A stretch of 64,000 nucleotides of DNA. Origin: Mobula hypostoma. Taxonomy: Eukaryota. Positions within the stretch are counted from its first letter, which is position 1. The number at the start of each line of letters is the position of its first letter. The stretch is taken from NCBI RefSeq assembly GCF_963921235.1, contig NC_086097.1, positions 60,328,001 to 60,392,000 on the forward strand, in the 5' to 3' direction. A model generated the notes under the pieces. That model did no database searches and had not been told where the DNA came from. It was given only the letters and a program-made list of their open reading frames with translations. Position numbers and translations under genes: made by a program. Positions 1 through 10,942 of this stretch are shown one piece after another.

Positions 1-365
1 AAAACTAAGGGACAGAACACAATTTGAAATATGTTACCATTTAAAGGGGCAATCTTTTGAAAGTTCAGGGCAAACTGTTTAAACACTTTCCAAAGCGTGA
101 AGTGTTCTTAAAATAACAATATGAGTTTTCTCTAACACTATGCTGCTGAGAAACTCATTCAGTAGATACCCAAGTAGTTACACTGCTGGGAGTACTCAAT
201 TACTGGAAATATCATTAGTGTGGGCGAAGTACCTTGAGTCGGGGGAAAGGTATTCCCTTCAGTGGACAACCATCTGCCTTGAAAGACATCACATCCTCTC
301 TGGAATTCCCAATGAGTAATGTATTCACAGACTCAGGCTTTGCAACTTTTTCATCATGGAGCCAC

Positions 366-775
366 AGAGTCATAGAGCAATACAGCATGGAAACAGGCCA
401 TTCGACCCAACTGGTCCATGCTGACCGCAGCATGCTCCCTGCTAGTATCAATTTCCTATGTTGGCTTATACACCATATAAGCCACTCCCCTGCATGTACC
501 TATCCAAAAGCCTCTGAAATGTTACAGTTGTACCCTCCTCAATCACTTTCCTCAGGCAGCTCATTCCAGGAACTCATGTCCCTCTGTGCAAAGAAGTTAC
601 ACCTCAGGTCTCTTTTACATCTCACCCCTCTTATCTTCCACCTGTGCACTTTAATTTTGAACTCCCAACCTCGGGGGAAAAGGCTATCCGTACCCCTCAT
701 GATTTTAAAAATTTCTGTGAGATTATCCCTCAGTCTCTTGTGCTCTAGGAGATCCAGCAAGGCCAAATGCTTCCT
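366..775 (-). mobile_element. CR1-type LINE, decayed 3' end
   Basis: ORF 539-784 has CR1 ORF2 C-terminal motifs (LEHKRLRDNLTEIFKIMRG, FFAQR..WNELP); CR1-like 3' UTR follows. Confidence 0.75.
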
Positions 776-782
776 ATTAAAC

Positions 783-1382
783 AAATTTCATAGTAAATTC
801 ATCATCAAAGTACTGTGCATTATCTTACCGTATACTATTTTGTGGTTCATTTTCTTGCAAGCATTTACAGGGAAAATATTAATACAATTGAATTTTTAAA
901 AACCTATGCATAAGCAAAGACTGACAAATGGAAAATATGTGAAAGGAGACAAACTGTGCAAATAAAAACATTACTGCGAAGACGAATTGTAAAGAGTCCT
1001 TGAAAGTGAATCTGTAAGTCTTCTAATTAGTTTTGAGTAGGGAATGAAATTACCCATGCTGGTTCAGGAGCCTGATGGCTGAAAGCTAACAAACTGTTCC
1101 TAAATCTGCCGGTGTGGAACTTAAAGCTTCTGTATCTCTTGCCAGATAGTGGGAGAATGAAGTGGGCATGACCTGGATGGGCGGGATGGCGTCTTTGATG
1201 ATAGTTGCTGCTTTCTTGTGGCAGTGCACCAATGTAAAAGAAGTCCATGGTGGGGAGGGTTTGTCTGTGATGGAATGGGTTAATTCCACCATCTTCCGTA
1301 GCCTTTTCCATTCCTGGGCATTGGTATTTACATACTAGACCGTGATGCAACCAGATAGGATACTCTCCACTGTGCACCCATA
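783..1382 (-). mobile_element. Rex1/Babar-type LINE, decayed 3' fragment
   Basis: ORFs 1027-1377 and 1086-1292 give KKAATIIKD..HPGHA..SGKRYRS..RFRNS, matching the C-terminus of the better copies at 4149 and 14567. Confidence 0.7.
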
Positions 1383-1394
1383 GACGTCTGTCTA

Positions 1395-2545
1395 CATAAG
1401 CCCTCTAGTCGAGGCAGATTCCTTTTAGATCTCTTCCGCACCCTCTCCTGCCTGTCTATGTCTTTCATATAACAAGGTGACTATAATTGTACACAATACA
1501 CCAATGTAGCCTCTCCAACGACTTGCATAAATGCAACAAAATGTCCCTGCCCCTTATCTTAATGCATTGGCTGATTTGAAGGCCAGCATGCTAAACTCCT
1601 TCTTTTCCATCCTGTCTACATGTGAGGTCACTTTCAGGAAAGTATGCACTTGTACTCGCATATCCCTCTGTTCCACAACAATCATCAGTACCCTACTATT
1701 CACAGTATGAGTTCTACCCTTGATTGACTGTCCAAAATGCATCACCTCACACTTATCAAAGGTGAAATTAATTTGTTATTCCTCTGCCCATGTCCCTAAC
1801 TGGTCAAGATTTCTTTGTAATTCATTGTAATCTGCTTTATTTTCAACAAGACCCCTTAGTTTAGTAACATCAGTAAACTTGCTAATTGTGCCAAGTATAT
1901 TAATATCCAAATAATTTACATAAATAATGAATATCAGAGGTCTCACACTGATTACTAGAGCACCCCACTGGTCACAGGCCTCCAGTCAGAGAATAGACCT
2001 TCAACCATTATCTTCTACATCCTATTCTTGAGCAAATTCTGAATCCACCTTGCTAACTCCCTCTAAATTCTATGTGACCTAATCTTCCAGATCAACCTGC
2101 ATGAGTGACTTGTCAAAGGCCTTACTAACTACCAACATCCACTGCCCTACCTTCATCTATCCCCCTTAACTACCTCCTTGAAAAATGCCAAGAGATTTGT
2201 CAGATATGACCTCCAATGCAAACAATAGTGCTGACTATTCCTGATGGGGTCTTGACTATCCAAATGATCATAGATCATTTCCTTAAGAATTCTCTCCAGT
2301 AACTTTCCTACACTGAAGTCAAGGTTGCCATCCTGTACTTCCCTGGCTTGTCCTTGCTACCATTCTAGAACAACGGAACAACATTAGCCACCTTCTAGTC
2401 TTCTGGAACTTTGCCAGTGGCTAATGATGAAGCAAATATTTCTACAAAGGCTTCCATGATTTCTTCTCTGGTCTCCAAAAAGTTCTGGGGACCTCTGGTC
2501 AGGCCCTAGGGATATGCTTACTTTAATGTACTTCAAGACTATAAA
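1395..2545 (-). mobile_element. CR1-type LINE RT fragment, decayed
   Basis: ORF 1554-1745 (MHFG..VEQRDMRVQVH..LKV) and sequence similar to the younger CR1 at 60738-64000. Confidence 0.7.
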
Positions 2546-3963
2546 TACTTCTGGAAGACCTCCATAATTTTTCTATAGTCATCAAGAAATTAATTCAGAC
2601 TCGCCATTGAGATTTGCTCAATAACTACATTCTCTCTCCCACTGTAGTATTTCTTACTAAGTTCTTCTTATTGTGGTTCCATTTGAACAGAAATTTTCTC
2701 ATCGACCAGGACTTTCATGACACGTAAAATGTTCTGGGAGCTTCTTCCCTTGCCTTAGCAGTCTCTCACAACCCCCTGTCAACCATACTGTGTAATGATC
2801 TGTGATTGTCACAGTTAGTGTATCTCTAATGGCTGATGGCCTTCTGTCATTGGTACACAGCAAGGCGTTGTCAGGTGTGTTCACTTGAGCCAGGTCCTGA
2901 CAAACAGGACAAACAAAGAGTTAAATCCCATTTTAACTCTTCTGGGTGCAAAATTCAATAATATTGTTTCAAAAGAATTGTTCAATTTCATATTTTGCCC
3001 CTCATTTAGCATTAAGACAAAACATATTATTTATTCAATACACAAGGTGAAGTCCAATTTCCATGTTTTCTACTATCATGGCTTGAAATAAAGTGGCCTT
3101 TTCAGATTAGTTTAATTTGAGTTCTCATTTCAGATTAATTTTGAATTGCACAGAATTAATTGTGTATATTATTATCCTGAATAACTGGTACAAACGTACA
3201 AGGCAGTATGTTATACGTCGTCACCTGTTTATGTGTCTTGTGCCTTTATGGTACAGAGAGGATTTAGTTCTTTTCGGTTAATCATTGTTAGGTGAAGGAT
3301 TTGTGTTGGAGGAGAACGTGTAAAAAAAGAAGCTAACTGCAGGCTGAATTTTCCATCATACATCCACACTTCCCCCAGAGAATTAATACATGAAAATAGC
3401 AGAGAATATGTCCTATTCTTTTCGTCTTCTGAGCTCTCTCTTACTTTCAGAAAAGAATTACATTGCCAAAATGCCTTTTAGTGTTTGCCTTGAGGGTACA
3501 CATAAATGTATACATAAAAATCTGCTTTGAGCATTAAGTAACAGCTCACTGGAGATTTACTTTATCAATTTTTGTTTAGTTCTGTAGGTGTCATAGCTTT
3601 ATACCAGTACTTGGTATCTAATTTCTCCAGAGCCATCCTAAAAATAAAACAATACAGCAAATTCTTAATTTTTAAGAACTTATATTAAAATAATATCCGG
3701 TTATGACCATGGCTTGAATGAATTTTTCTACATTATGAAGCGTTACTTTGAGGCACATTACAATGGTAAATTCAGTTATTAATAACCATTATACCTTGAT
3801 GAATACCTGTATATTACAAACAACAGCAATAGGATTAATGGTGAGGTGAAATGTTGACCATTCTTTGGTTCAGACCAAGTCTGCAGCATGGGGTAGGGGA
3901 GATAACAGCAGAAATGCTTCATGTTCTTACTGGCTGGTAATGTTGAATCAGGGTCACGGGTCT

Positions 3964-5182
3964 GACTTCAGTTCAGCATTCAACACAATCATTTCTCAGA
4001 AACTGATTGGAAAGCTGAGCCTACTGGGCCTGAACACCTCCCTCTGCAACTGGATCCTAGACTTCCTGATTGGAAGACTTCAGTCAGTCCAGATTGAAAG
4101 CAGCGTCTCCAACACCATCACACTGAGCACGGGGCCCCCCAGGGCTGTGTGCTCAGTCCACTGCTGTTCACTCTGCTGACTCACGACTGTGCTGCAACAC
4201 ACAGCTCGAACCACATCATCAAGTTCACCGATGACACGACCGTGGTGGGTCTCATCAGCAAGAGCGATGAGTCAGCATACAGAGAGGAGGTGCAGTGGCT
4301 AACGGACTGGTGCAGAGCTAACAACCTGTCTCTGAATGTGAATAAAGCAAAAGAGATGGTTGTTGACTTCAGGAGGAGACGGAGCGACCACTCTCCACTG
4401 AATACTGACGACTCCTCCATAGAGATTGTTAAGAGCACCAAATTTCTTGGTGTTCTCCTGGCGGAGAATCTCACCTGGTCCCTCAACACCAGCTCCATAG
4501 CAAAGAAAGCCCAGCAGTGTCTCTACTTTCTGCGAAGGCTGAGAAAAGTCCATCTCCCACCCCCCATCCTCACCACATTCTACAGAGGTTGTATTGAGAG
4601 CATCCTGAGCAGCTGCATCACTGCCTGGTTCGGAAATTGCACCATCTCGGATCACAAGACCCTGCAGTGGATGGTGAGGTCAGTTGAGATGATCATCGAG
4701 GTCTCTCTTCCCACCATTACAGACATTTACTCCACACGCTGCATTCGTAAAGCAACCAGCATTATGAAGGACCCCAAGCACCCCTCATACAAACTCTTCT
4801 CCCTCCTGCCATCTGGTAAAAGGCACCAAAGCATTCAGGCTCTCACGACCAGACTATGTAACGGGTTCTTCCCCCAAGCCATCAGTCTCCTCAATGCACA
4901 GAGCCTGGGCTGGCACCAACCTACTGCCCTCTACTGTGCCTATTGTCTTGTTTATTATTTATTGTAATGTCTGCACTGTTTTGTGCACCTTATGCAGTCC
5001 TGGGTAGATCTGTAGTCTAGTGTAGTTTTTGTGTTGTTTTACGTAGTTCAGTGTAGTTCTTGTATTGTTTCATGTAGCACCATGGCCCTGAAAAACGTTG
5101 TCTCGTTTTTACTGTGTACTGTGGCAGCAGTTATGGTCGAAATGACAATAAAAAGTAACTTGACTTGACTTGACTTGACTTG
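3964..5182 (+). mobile_element. Rex1/Babar-type non-LTR retrotransposon, 5'-truncated
   Basis: RT motifs [43 protein letters not shown] (ORFs 3865-4179, 4149-4967); AATAAA then (GACTT)n tail at 5147-5182. Confidence 0.85.
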
Positions 5183-5940
5183 CAGAAAACAATGATTGCA
5201 AATAAGTGAGTAAAAATTTGACCAAACATTCATATTCCCCGTGTTACAGTAACTAGAAAGCTAAAATTTCAACAAACATTAGTTAGAAGTGCGCGCAAAA
5301 TGTACCTTCCCAATGGTGATGTGCATCGCCTGCCTTAAACAAAGAGAAAGAAAGAACCTCCTGCACATACTCCCTATATACCCATGATAATTGAAACTGG
5401 ACACCAGGCAGCTATTCAATGGGGAGAGCACCTGCAGTTTCTAAACTAACCAATCATGACTAAAGTGACTTTTGACAATCAGAACAAGTGACACCTCCCC
5501 CCCCAAAAAAAAAACTCCATTGGACATGACCCCAGCTTGCTTCAGGTACATTTGGTGAAAATTATATTCCTTGATATTGTTGGCTAGCTCAGATGGAATT
5601 TTGTTCTTAATCTTTGTAGGTATCGTCTTCATCACATTTTGTTTTTCTGAAACTTCGCATACACATGGGATGGGGTTAAGGGTGAAGTATCTAGCATGGA
5701 TCATTCTTCTTCCTTCCCCTTACTCTAGTGATGTTAAAGTAAAAGCATGCTGATATCACCCACTGGAATTCCCAATGAGTGGGCATCAGTGGTTGAGTGA
5801 GTTGCCTGCCCTGTTCGAAGTAAACCAAACAACAAAAGAAATTAAAGCAGGAGGATCCTACCATTCTGCACCTTCCAATAAAATTACTGGCAGATCTATT
5901 ACTTTCCTGCAACATACCCATATCTATTGGTTCCCTTCAA

Positions 5941-6389
5941 GAAACTAGAAGTAGAAAAAAAACACATGACCCTTGAACATATTCTGCCATTCAATAGCAT
6001 CATGGTTGATCTAACTGTCATCTTAACTCTGCATTAACACCCGCTTTCAATCTATCACCCCTAAACTTATCAAGAATGAATCTAATTCTGTCTTTAAAAT
6101 ATTCAAAGATTCTTTTTCTACTGCACTTCACGAAGAGTTCAAGAGACCTATGACCATCTGAGAGAAAAAAAAACCTCAATATTTCCGAAATGGATGAACC
6201 CTTATTTGTTAACAATAATCCCTAGTTCTGATTTCTCTCACAAGAGAGATAATCCTAACTCTCAAAATCCACCCCATCGGGGTCTTGTATATTTCAGTCA
6301 ACTCACAATGCACCCCTTTACATTTCAGTTCTCGCTTGTCCAAATTTCCTTTTTTTATCAGCCAACCTGCCCGCACATTTCAGATATTA
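5941..6389 (-). mobile_element. old CR1 3' remnant
   Basis: Degenerate similarity to CR1 3' ends elsewhere in the window. Confidence 0.45.
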
Positions 6390-6405
6390 GTTTGGATTCT
6401 CTAGT

Positions 6406-7422
6406 AACACACATAAAAGTTGCTGGTGAACGCAGCAGGACAAGCAGCATCTCTAGGAAGAGGTACAGTCGACATCTTGGGCTGAGACCCTTCATCAGGA
6501 CTAACTGAAAGAAGAGCTAGTAAGGGATTTGAAAGTGGGAGGGGGAGTGGGAGATCCGAAATGATAGGAGAAGACAGGAGGGGGAGGGATGGAGCCAAAA
6601 GCTGGACAGTTGATTGGCAAAAGGGATATGAGAGGATCATGGGACAGGAGTCCTAGGGAGGAAGAAAAGGGGGAGGGGGGAAAACCAGAGGATGGGCAAG
6701 GGGTATAGTAAGGGGGACAGAGGGAGAAAAAAGAAAGAGAGAAAAAGAATGTGTGTATATAAATAAATAACAGATGGGGTAGGAGGAGGAGGTGGGGCAT
6801 TAGCGGAAGTTTGAGAAGTCAATGTTCATGCCTGGTTACCCAGCCGGAATATAGGGTGTTGTTCCTCCAACCTGAGTGTGGCTGCATCTTGACAGTAGAG
6901 GAGGCCGTGGATAGACATATCAGAATGGGAATGGGACGTGGAATTAAAATGTGTGGCCACTGGGAGATCCTGCTTTCTCTGGTGGACAGAGCGTAGGTGT
7001 TCAGCGAAACGAGTTCCCAGCCTGCGTCGGGTCTCGCCAATATATAGAAGGCCAAATCGGGAGCACCGGACGCAGTATATCACCCCTGCCGACTCACAAG
7101 TGAAGTGTCGTCTCACCTGGAAGGACTGTCTGGGGCCCTGAATGGTGGTAAGGGAGGAAGTGTAAGGGCATGTGTAGCACTTGTTCCGCTTACAAGGATA
7201 AGTGCCTGGAGGGAGATTGGTGGGGAGGGATGGGGGGTATGAATGGACAAGGGAGTCGCGTAGGGAGTGATCCCTGCAGAAAGCAGAGAGAGGGGGGTAG
7301 GGAAAGATGTGTTTCGTGGTGGGATCCCGTTGGTGGTGGCAGAAGTTACGGAGAATTATATTTTGTCCATTGGAGGTTATATGTGTGTTCCTTGAAATTC
7401 CAGCATCTGTAGACTTCCTTGT
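6406..7422 (-). mobile_element. Penelope-like element 3' part (GIY-YIG endonuclease plus terminal repeat)
   Basis: ORF 6826-7116 FTCESAGVIYCVRC..LYIGETRRRLGTRFAEH..VATHFN; 16-bp direct repeat GTTTGGATTCTCTAGT at 6390-6405 and 7423-7438; short inverted terminal copy at 7381-7422. Confidence 0.9.
6467..6502 (-). ncRNA. hammerhead ribozyme-like motif (mutated) in Penelope terminal repeat
   Basis: Minus strand AGTC-CTGATGA-AGGGTCTCAGCCC-AAGATGTC-GACT; GAAA core changed to AAGA. Confidence 0.55.
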
Positions 7423-7800
7423 GTTTGGATTCTCTAGTTTCTGAATTGCTAATTCATTTACATTATTCTTTAAGTACCAGAATGAAAACTACAACAAAGA
7501 CCTCAAAGTTGGTCTCACAGGTCCTGCATGTAATTGAAGCATGTCCTGTCTGCTGTTCTATTTTATTCCCCTTCACAATGAACAATAACATTCTATTAAA
7601 TTTCCCAATTACTTCCCCTGCATGCATACAAGCCTTTGGGAATCTTGAACTAGGCCAGCTAGATTCCCCTACATCTCAGAGCTCTGCACTCTCTCACCAT
7701 TGAGATTAAAGTTCAAAGTAAATGTATTATTGAAGTACATATATGTCCCCATATATGTCATTTTCTTGTGACATACTCAATAAATCTATAGATTAATAAC

Positions 7801-8389
7801 TGTTGCGAGGAATGGGTGAACCCAAACGTGGGACACTTTCACGGAGGTAGAATAATCTGAACAGTGTTTATTAATGGTTACAAGGAAGGCAGTGGAGTGA
7901 GGATTAAGCCGAGGAAAGCAAAGGAGAAAGAGCGAGGCTTGACCGGGGATCGAACCCGGGTCGCTGCGGTGAGAGCGCGGCGTTTAACCGCTAGGCCAGC
8001 GGAGAGTGTAGGACGGCGGCAGGACGAGGCAGAGCAGGGATGCAGACAAGGGTGTGAGCGTGGCTGGAGGAGAACGACAAGCAGGAGGGTGAACGGGAAG
8101 GCAGGCGGAATGCAATGCTCCTGTTAACACGGAAAGATGGAGTTAACATAGGCAAACAACGGCACGGAAACAGAACTTAGAGTACGCAATTCTAAGTGGC
8201 CTAGAACGTGAACTACCACACTGGCTGAAGCAATGATCTGGCGATGGGTGGATGGAAAGCCGGGGTATTTATGCTGCAAGTTAGATGAGATTCAGGTGCA
8301 TCGCAATCAGGAAGCCGGGGAGAAACATGGGGAAAAGGGAATTAGGAGAACATGAGAAATAAACAGGAGGGATGGCCGGGACCGTGACA
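7801..8389 (-). repeat. 3' LTR
   Basis: Direct repeat of 10943-11529; minus strand TGTCACGG...CGCAACA; ATAAATA at 8272-8266; AATAAA near 7866-7871. Confidence 0.95.
7935..8005 (-). other. tRNA-Glu(CTC)-derived module inside 3' LTR
   Basis: Minus strand TGGCCTAGCGG (A box), GCG-CTCTCAC-CGC anticodon arm, CCGGG-TTCGATC-CCCGG T arm (B box); acceptor stem does not pair, so not a functional tRNA gene. Confidence 0.85.
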
Positions 8390-8392
8390 GTA

Positions 8393-8406
8393 CCCCCCTC
8401 CCCCCC
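8393..8406 (-). promoter_or_regulatory. polypurine tract
   Basis: GGGGGGGAGGGGGG then TAC immediately before the 3' LTR. Confidence 0.9.
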
Positions 8407-8551
8407 AACGGGAGCCTCCAGGCGAACCACCAAGCTTGCTCGGATTGTCGACAACCTGAGTGGGAGGAGGGGGTTTGGCAGGAGGGCACAGAGGGCTGAC
8501 AGATACAGGTTTCAATTGGGAGACGTGGAACGTGGGATGAATGTGCATAGA
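8407..8551 (-). pseudogene. Gypsy integrase C-terminal tail
   Basis: [20 protein letters not shown] motif typical of the integrase GPY/F region in this lineage. Confidence 0.85.
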
Positions 8552-9262
8552 TTCATGAGTTTTATTTTGTTGTCTTTTGCATTCTGGATTTGCTTCTCCT
8601 TTATGCTCTTGTTTAATCACAGGAGATGGTTGATTTCTTGATCTTGTTACTGATACTGGTGCTGAAGATGTTCCCAACCTTAAACCAGTTGTTGGTTTCT
8701 CTTTTGTGGAAGTCAGAGAATGCTTTTCTTACTCAGTTACAAACAAATGCTCAGGACTGCTTACCTTCTTAGCTGCACGAGTGGTTGGTTTATTCTGGCT
8801 ACTTGCATCACTGGTCAGGTTTCTTGCTTTATCTTCAACCTTTGTAGTCTTTTCTTGCAATTGTGTTGGACTTTCTTCCTCTTGTGCTTGAACTGGTATG
8901 GCTTCAGCAGGTTCATCCACTACAGCAGATTTCTCCTCTAATTTGTCTTCAGATTTTATCAAATTTTCAATTTGCACCATGTTTCCTGGAGAAGTGTGTG
9001 CAATTTTCTTAGTATCCAGTCTGCTTTCTTTTAAATGCAACTGGGAATTTTCTATATTAGTTCCTTCACTACCAGACTGATCATTTTCAAATCTTTCCCT
9101 TGACCTTGGGAATGTATTTTCAGACCTTTCTTCTAATTTCTCATTACAAAGCTGTTCTGCACTTTGTCCTTAAAACGTGACTGAGTTGTTTCAAAATTAC
9201 CCTTTTCAGATGGTTTCTCACCACCTTGTGCTTTACCTTTTGGGTTTTGCTTGCATGCCTTT
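8552..9262 (-). pseudogene. captured coding-like sequence (E/K/S/T-rich), origin unknown
   Basis: AT-rich relative to flanking Gypsy DNA; one frame is open from 9169 into the integrase tail except for a TAA at 8729-8731; no RT/RNase H/integrase motifs. Confidence 0.6.
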
Positions 9263-9915
9263 TGGACGGGACAGGCTATACAGCTGACTGGTGGGTAATG
9301 AGGCTCCAAGGAGAAGGTCAATCGCGCAGTTGTAAGGGCGATGTGGAGGCAGAGAAAGGGCCCAATGCTTACTAACACCTCTCTAAGATCACGATATTCT
9401 ACTGGAACGGTGGACAAGTCGAGGGGTCAGAGGCGGACGAGGTAGCAGTGATCTCCACTGGGGGGGGGGGAGGGCTGATTGCAGACAAGAGGAATGGCAG
9501 AATGAGCTCCAGCTGACAATCTTCCTGGTGGACCAGTCAATGTGGGAGTTATGTCGGCCTAGCCACAGGTGGCCAAGAAATAAAGGGGCATGAGGAGAGG
9601 AGATTAGATTCAACCGTATCTGTTCCCGATGGTTTCCGGAGAGAAGGAAAAGCAGGGGTTCTGTGCAGTGCGTGACACGGTCCAGGAGTCTACCGTTTAG
9701 CGCATTGACGTCCGGGGGGTACACAGAGGCTCACGAGGAATACCGGCTTGGAGGGCTAGGTTTTCATCCAGGAAGTTTCCCTCTGTGCCAGAGTCCACCA
9801 GTGCTCGCAGAGGCAAGGACTGCTGATTATGATATAGAGTGGCTTGAAGCTGCATTCGGGGTCGGGGGACGAAAGGGAAGGTTGTCTGGCTCACCAGGGT
9901 CCCCACTGCTACTGG
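9263..9915 (-). pseudogene. pol: Gypsy aspartic protease and pre-RT linker, frameshifted
   Basis: [57 protein letters not shown]. Confidence 0.88.
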
Positions 9916-9929
9916 TGAGCCCCACCTTT

Positions 9930-10926
9930 TTGGCCGAAGAGGACAGGAGGCAAGAAAGTGGCCAGACTGACTGCAAAATAGTCACTCACCCGCTCTCATT
10001 CTCTGGAGTCGTTCAGCGGGAGAAAGGTGGGCCCGCCCCAGCTGCATGGGTTCCTCTCCTGGGGCAGTTGAATCGGCAGGGCTGGGAGCTACTTGGGGTG
10101 CAGAAGTGGGAGAGAGGCTTGTTCTGGCGAGAGACGGTAAAGAGAGCCGAGAAGTGGCCAAAGGTGGTTGACGACCAGTTCTCTCTCTACGGTGCTCCCA
10201 GAGGCGATTGTCCAACCTGGTGGCCAGGGAGATCAGGGAATCCAGGCTGTCGGAATCGTCTCTCGTCGCCGGTTCGTCCTTCACCAGGTCGCTATGTCCA
10301 CACAGAAATCTCCCCGGAGCGACTCATCGTTCCACCCTGAGTCGGCTGCCAATGTCCGGAACTCCACTGAATATTCAGCAACTGCGGGAGGCCTGGCGGA
10401 GAGTGAGTAGGCACTTAGCTGGGTGATCGAAGACCTTTCTCATCTCTGCAATGGGACTGGCGAGAGAGGAGCAGATATCAGATTGGTTGTCCCAAACTGC
10501 TGTGGCCCACGCTGATGCGTTTCCCCTTAGCAACTCAATGACATAAGCAACTTTAGATTTATCTGTGGAGTAGGTCAACGGCTGCTGCTCAAACACCAGG
10601 GAGCATTGAAGGAGGAAACCCCGGAACTTCCCCAGATCTCCAGCATAGTGCTCCAGCTCTGGTACGTGAGGGTCTCTGGGCGGGGGTGTTGGTGAAACTT
10701 GGGGGGTTACCGCTACAGGCTGTCTGGGCTGGCTAGGCTGGGTTCCAGGTGTGGGTTGAGTGATATGAGTGGAGACACGGTCCACCTGGTTACCGATCTG
10801 TGTGATGTGAGCAGACAGGGAACGAAGGTTCTCCATCACCTCCCGGAGGTGTTGGTCGTGCTGTCCCAGTAGGGAACCCTGACTGGTGAGGGCTTGTTGG
10901 ATGGTGTTTGTGTCTGCTGGGTCCAT
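9930..10926 (-). pseudogene. gag: Gypsy gag (PEG10/RTL1-like capsid, CCHC knuckle), disrupted
   Basis: GCCACCATG start; YAGDLGKFRGFLLQCSLVFEQQP, WATAVW, FDHP, LISLATRLDNRL, EEPMQLG, *LFCSQSGHFLASC. Confidence 0.9.
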
Positions 10927-10930
10927 GGTG

Positions 10931-10941
10931 GCCAGATCGTT
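10931..10941 (-). promoter_or_regulatory. self-priming primer-binding site
   Basis: AACGATCTGGC 1 nt after the 5' LTR, not a TGG-starting tRNA PBS; complementary to LTR sequence at 11374-11383 and 8232-8242. Confidence 0.75.
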
Positions 10942-10942
10942 C

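Noticed and set aside
234..899. 221-aa ORF as a host gene
   Set aside because: Mostly the antisense of a CR1 3' end; no recognisable domain
5441..5753. Short ORFs on both strands as exons
   Set aside because: No recognisable domain or convincing splice signals
7935..8005. Functional tRNA-Glu gene
   Set aside because: Acceptor stem does not pair, there is no T4 terminator nearby, and it is duplicated as part of the LTR
9930..10926. Domesticated PEG10/RTL1-like gene
   Set aside because: Has both LTRs, a TSD, frameshifts and a stop in the zinc knuckle; it is a decayed transposon
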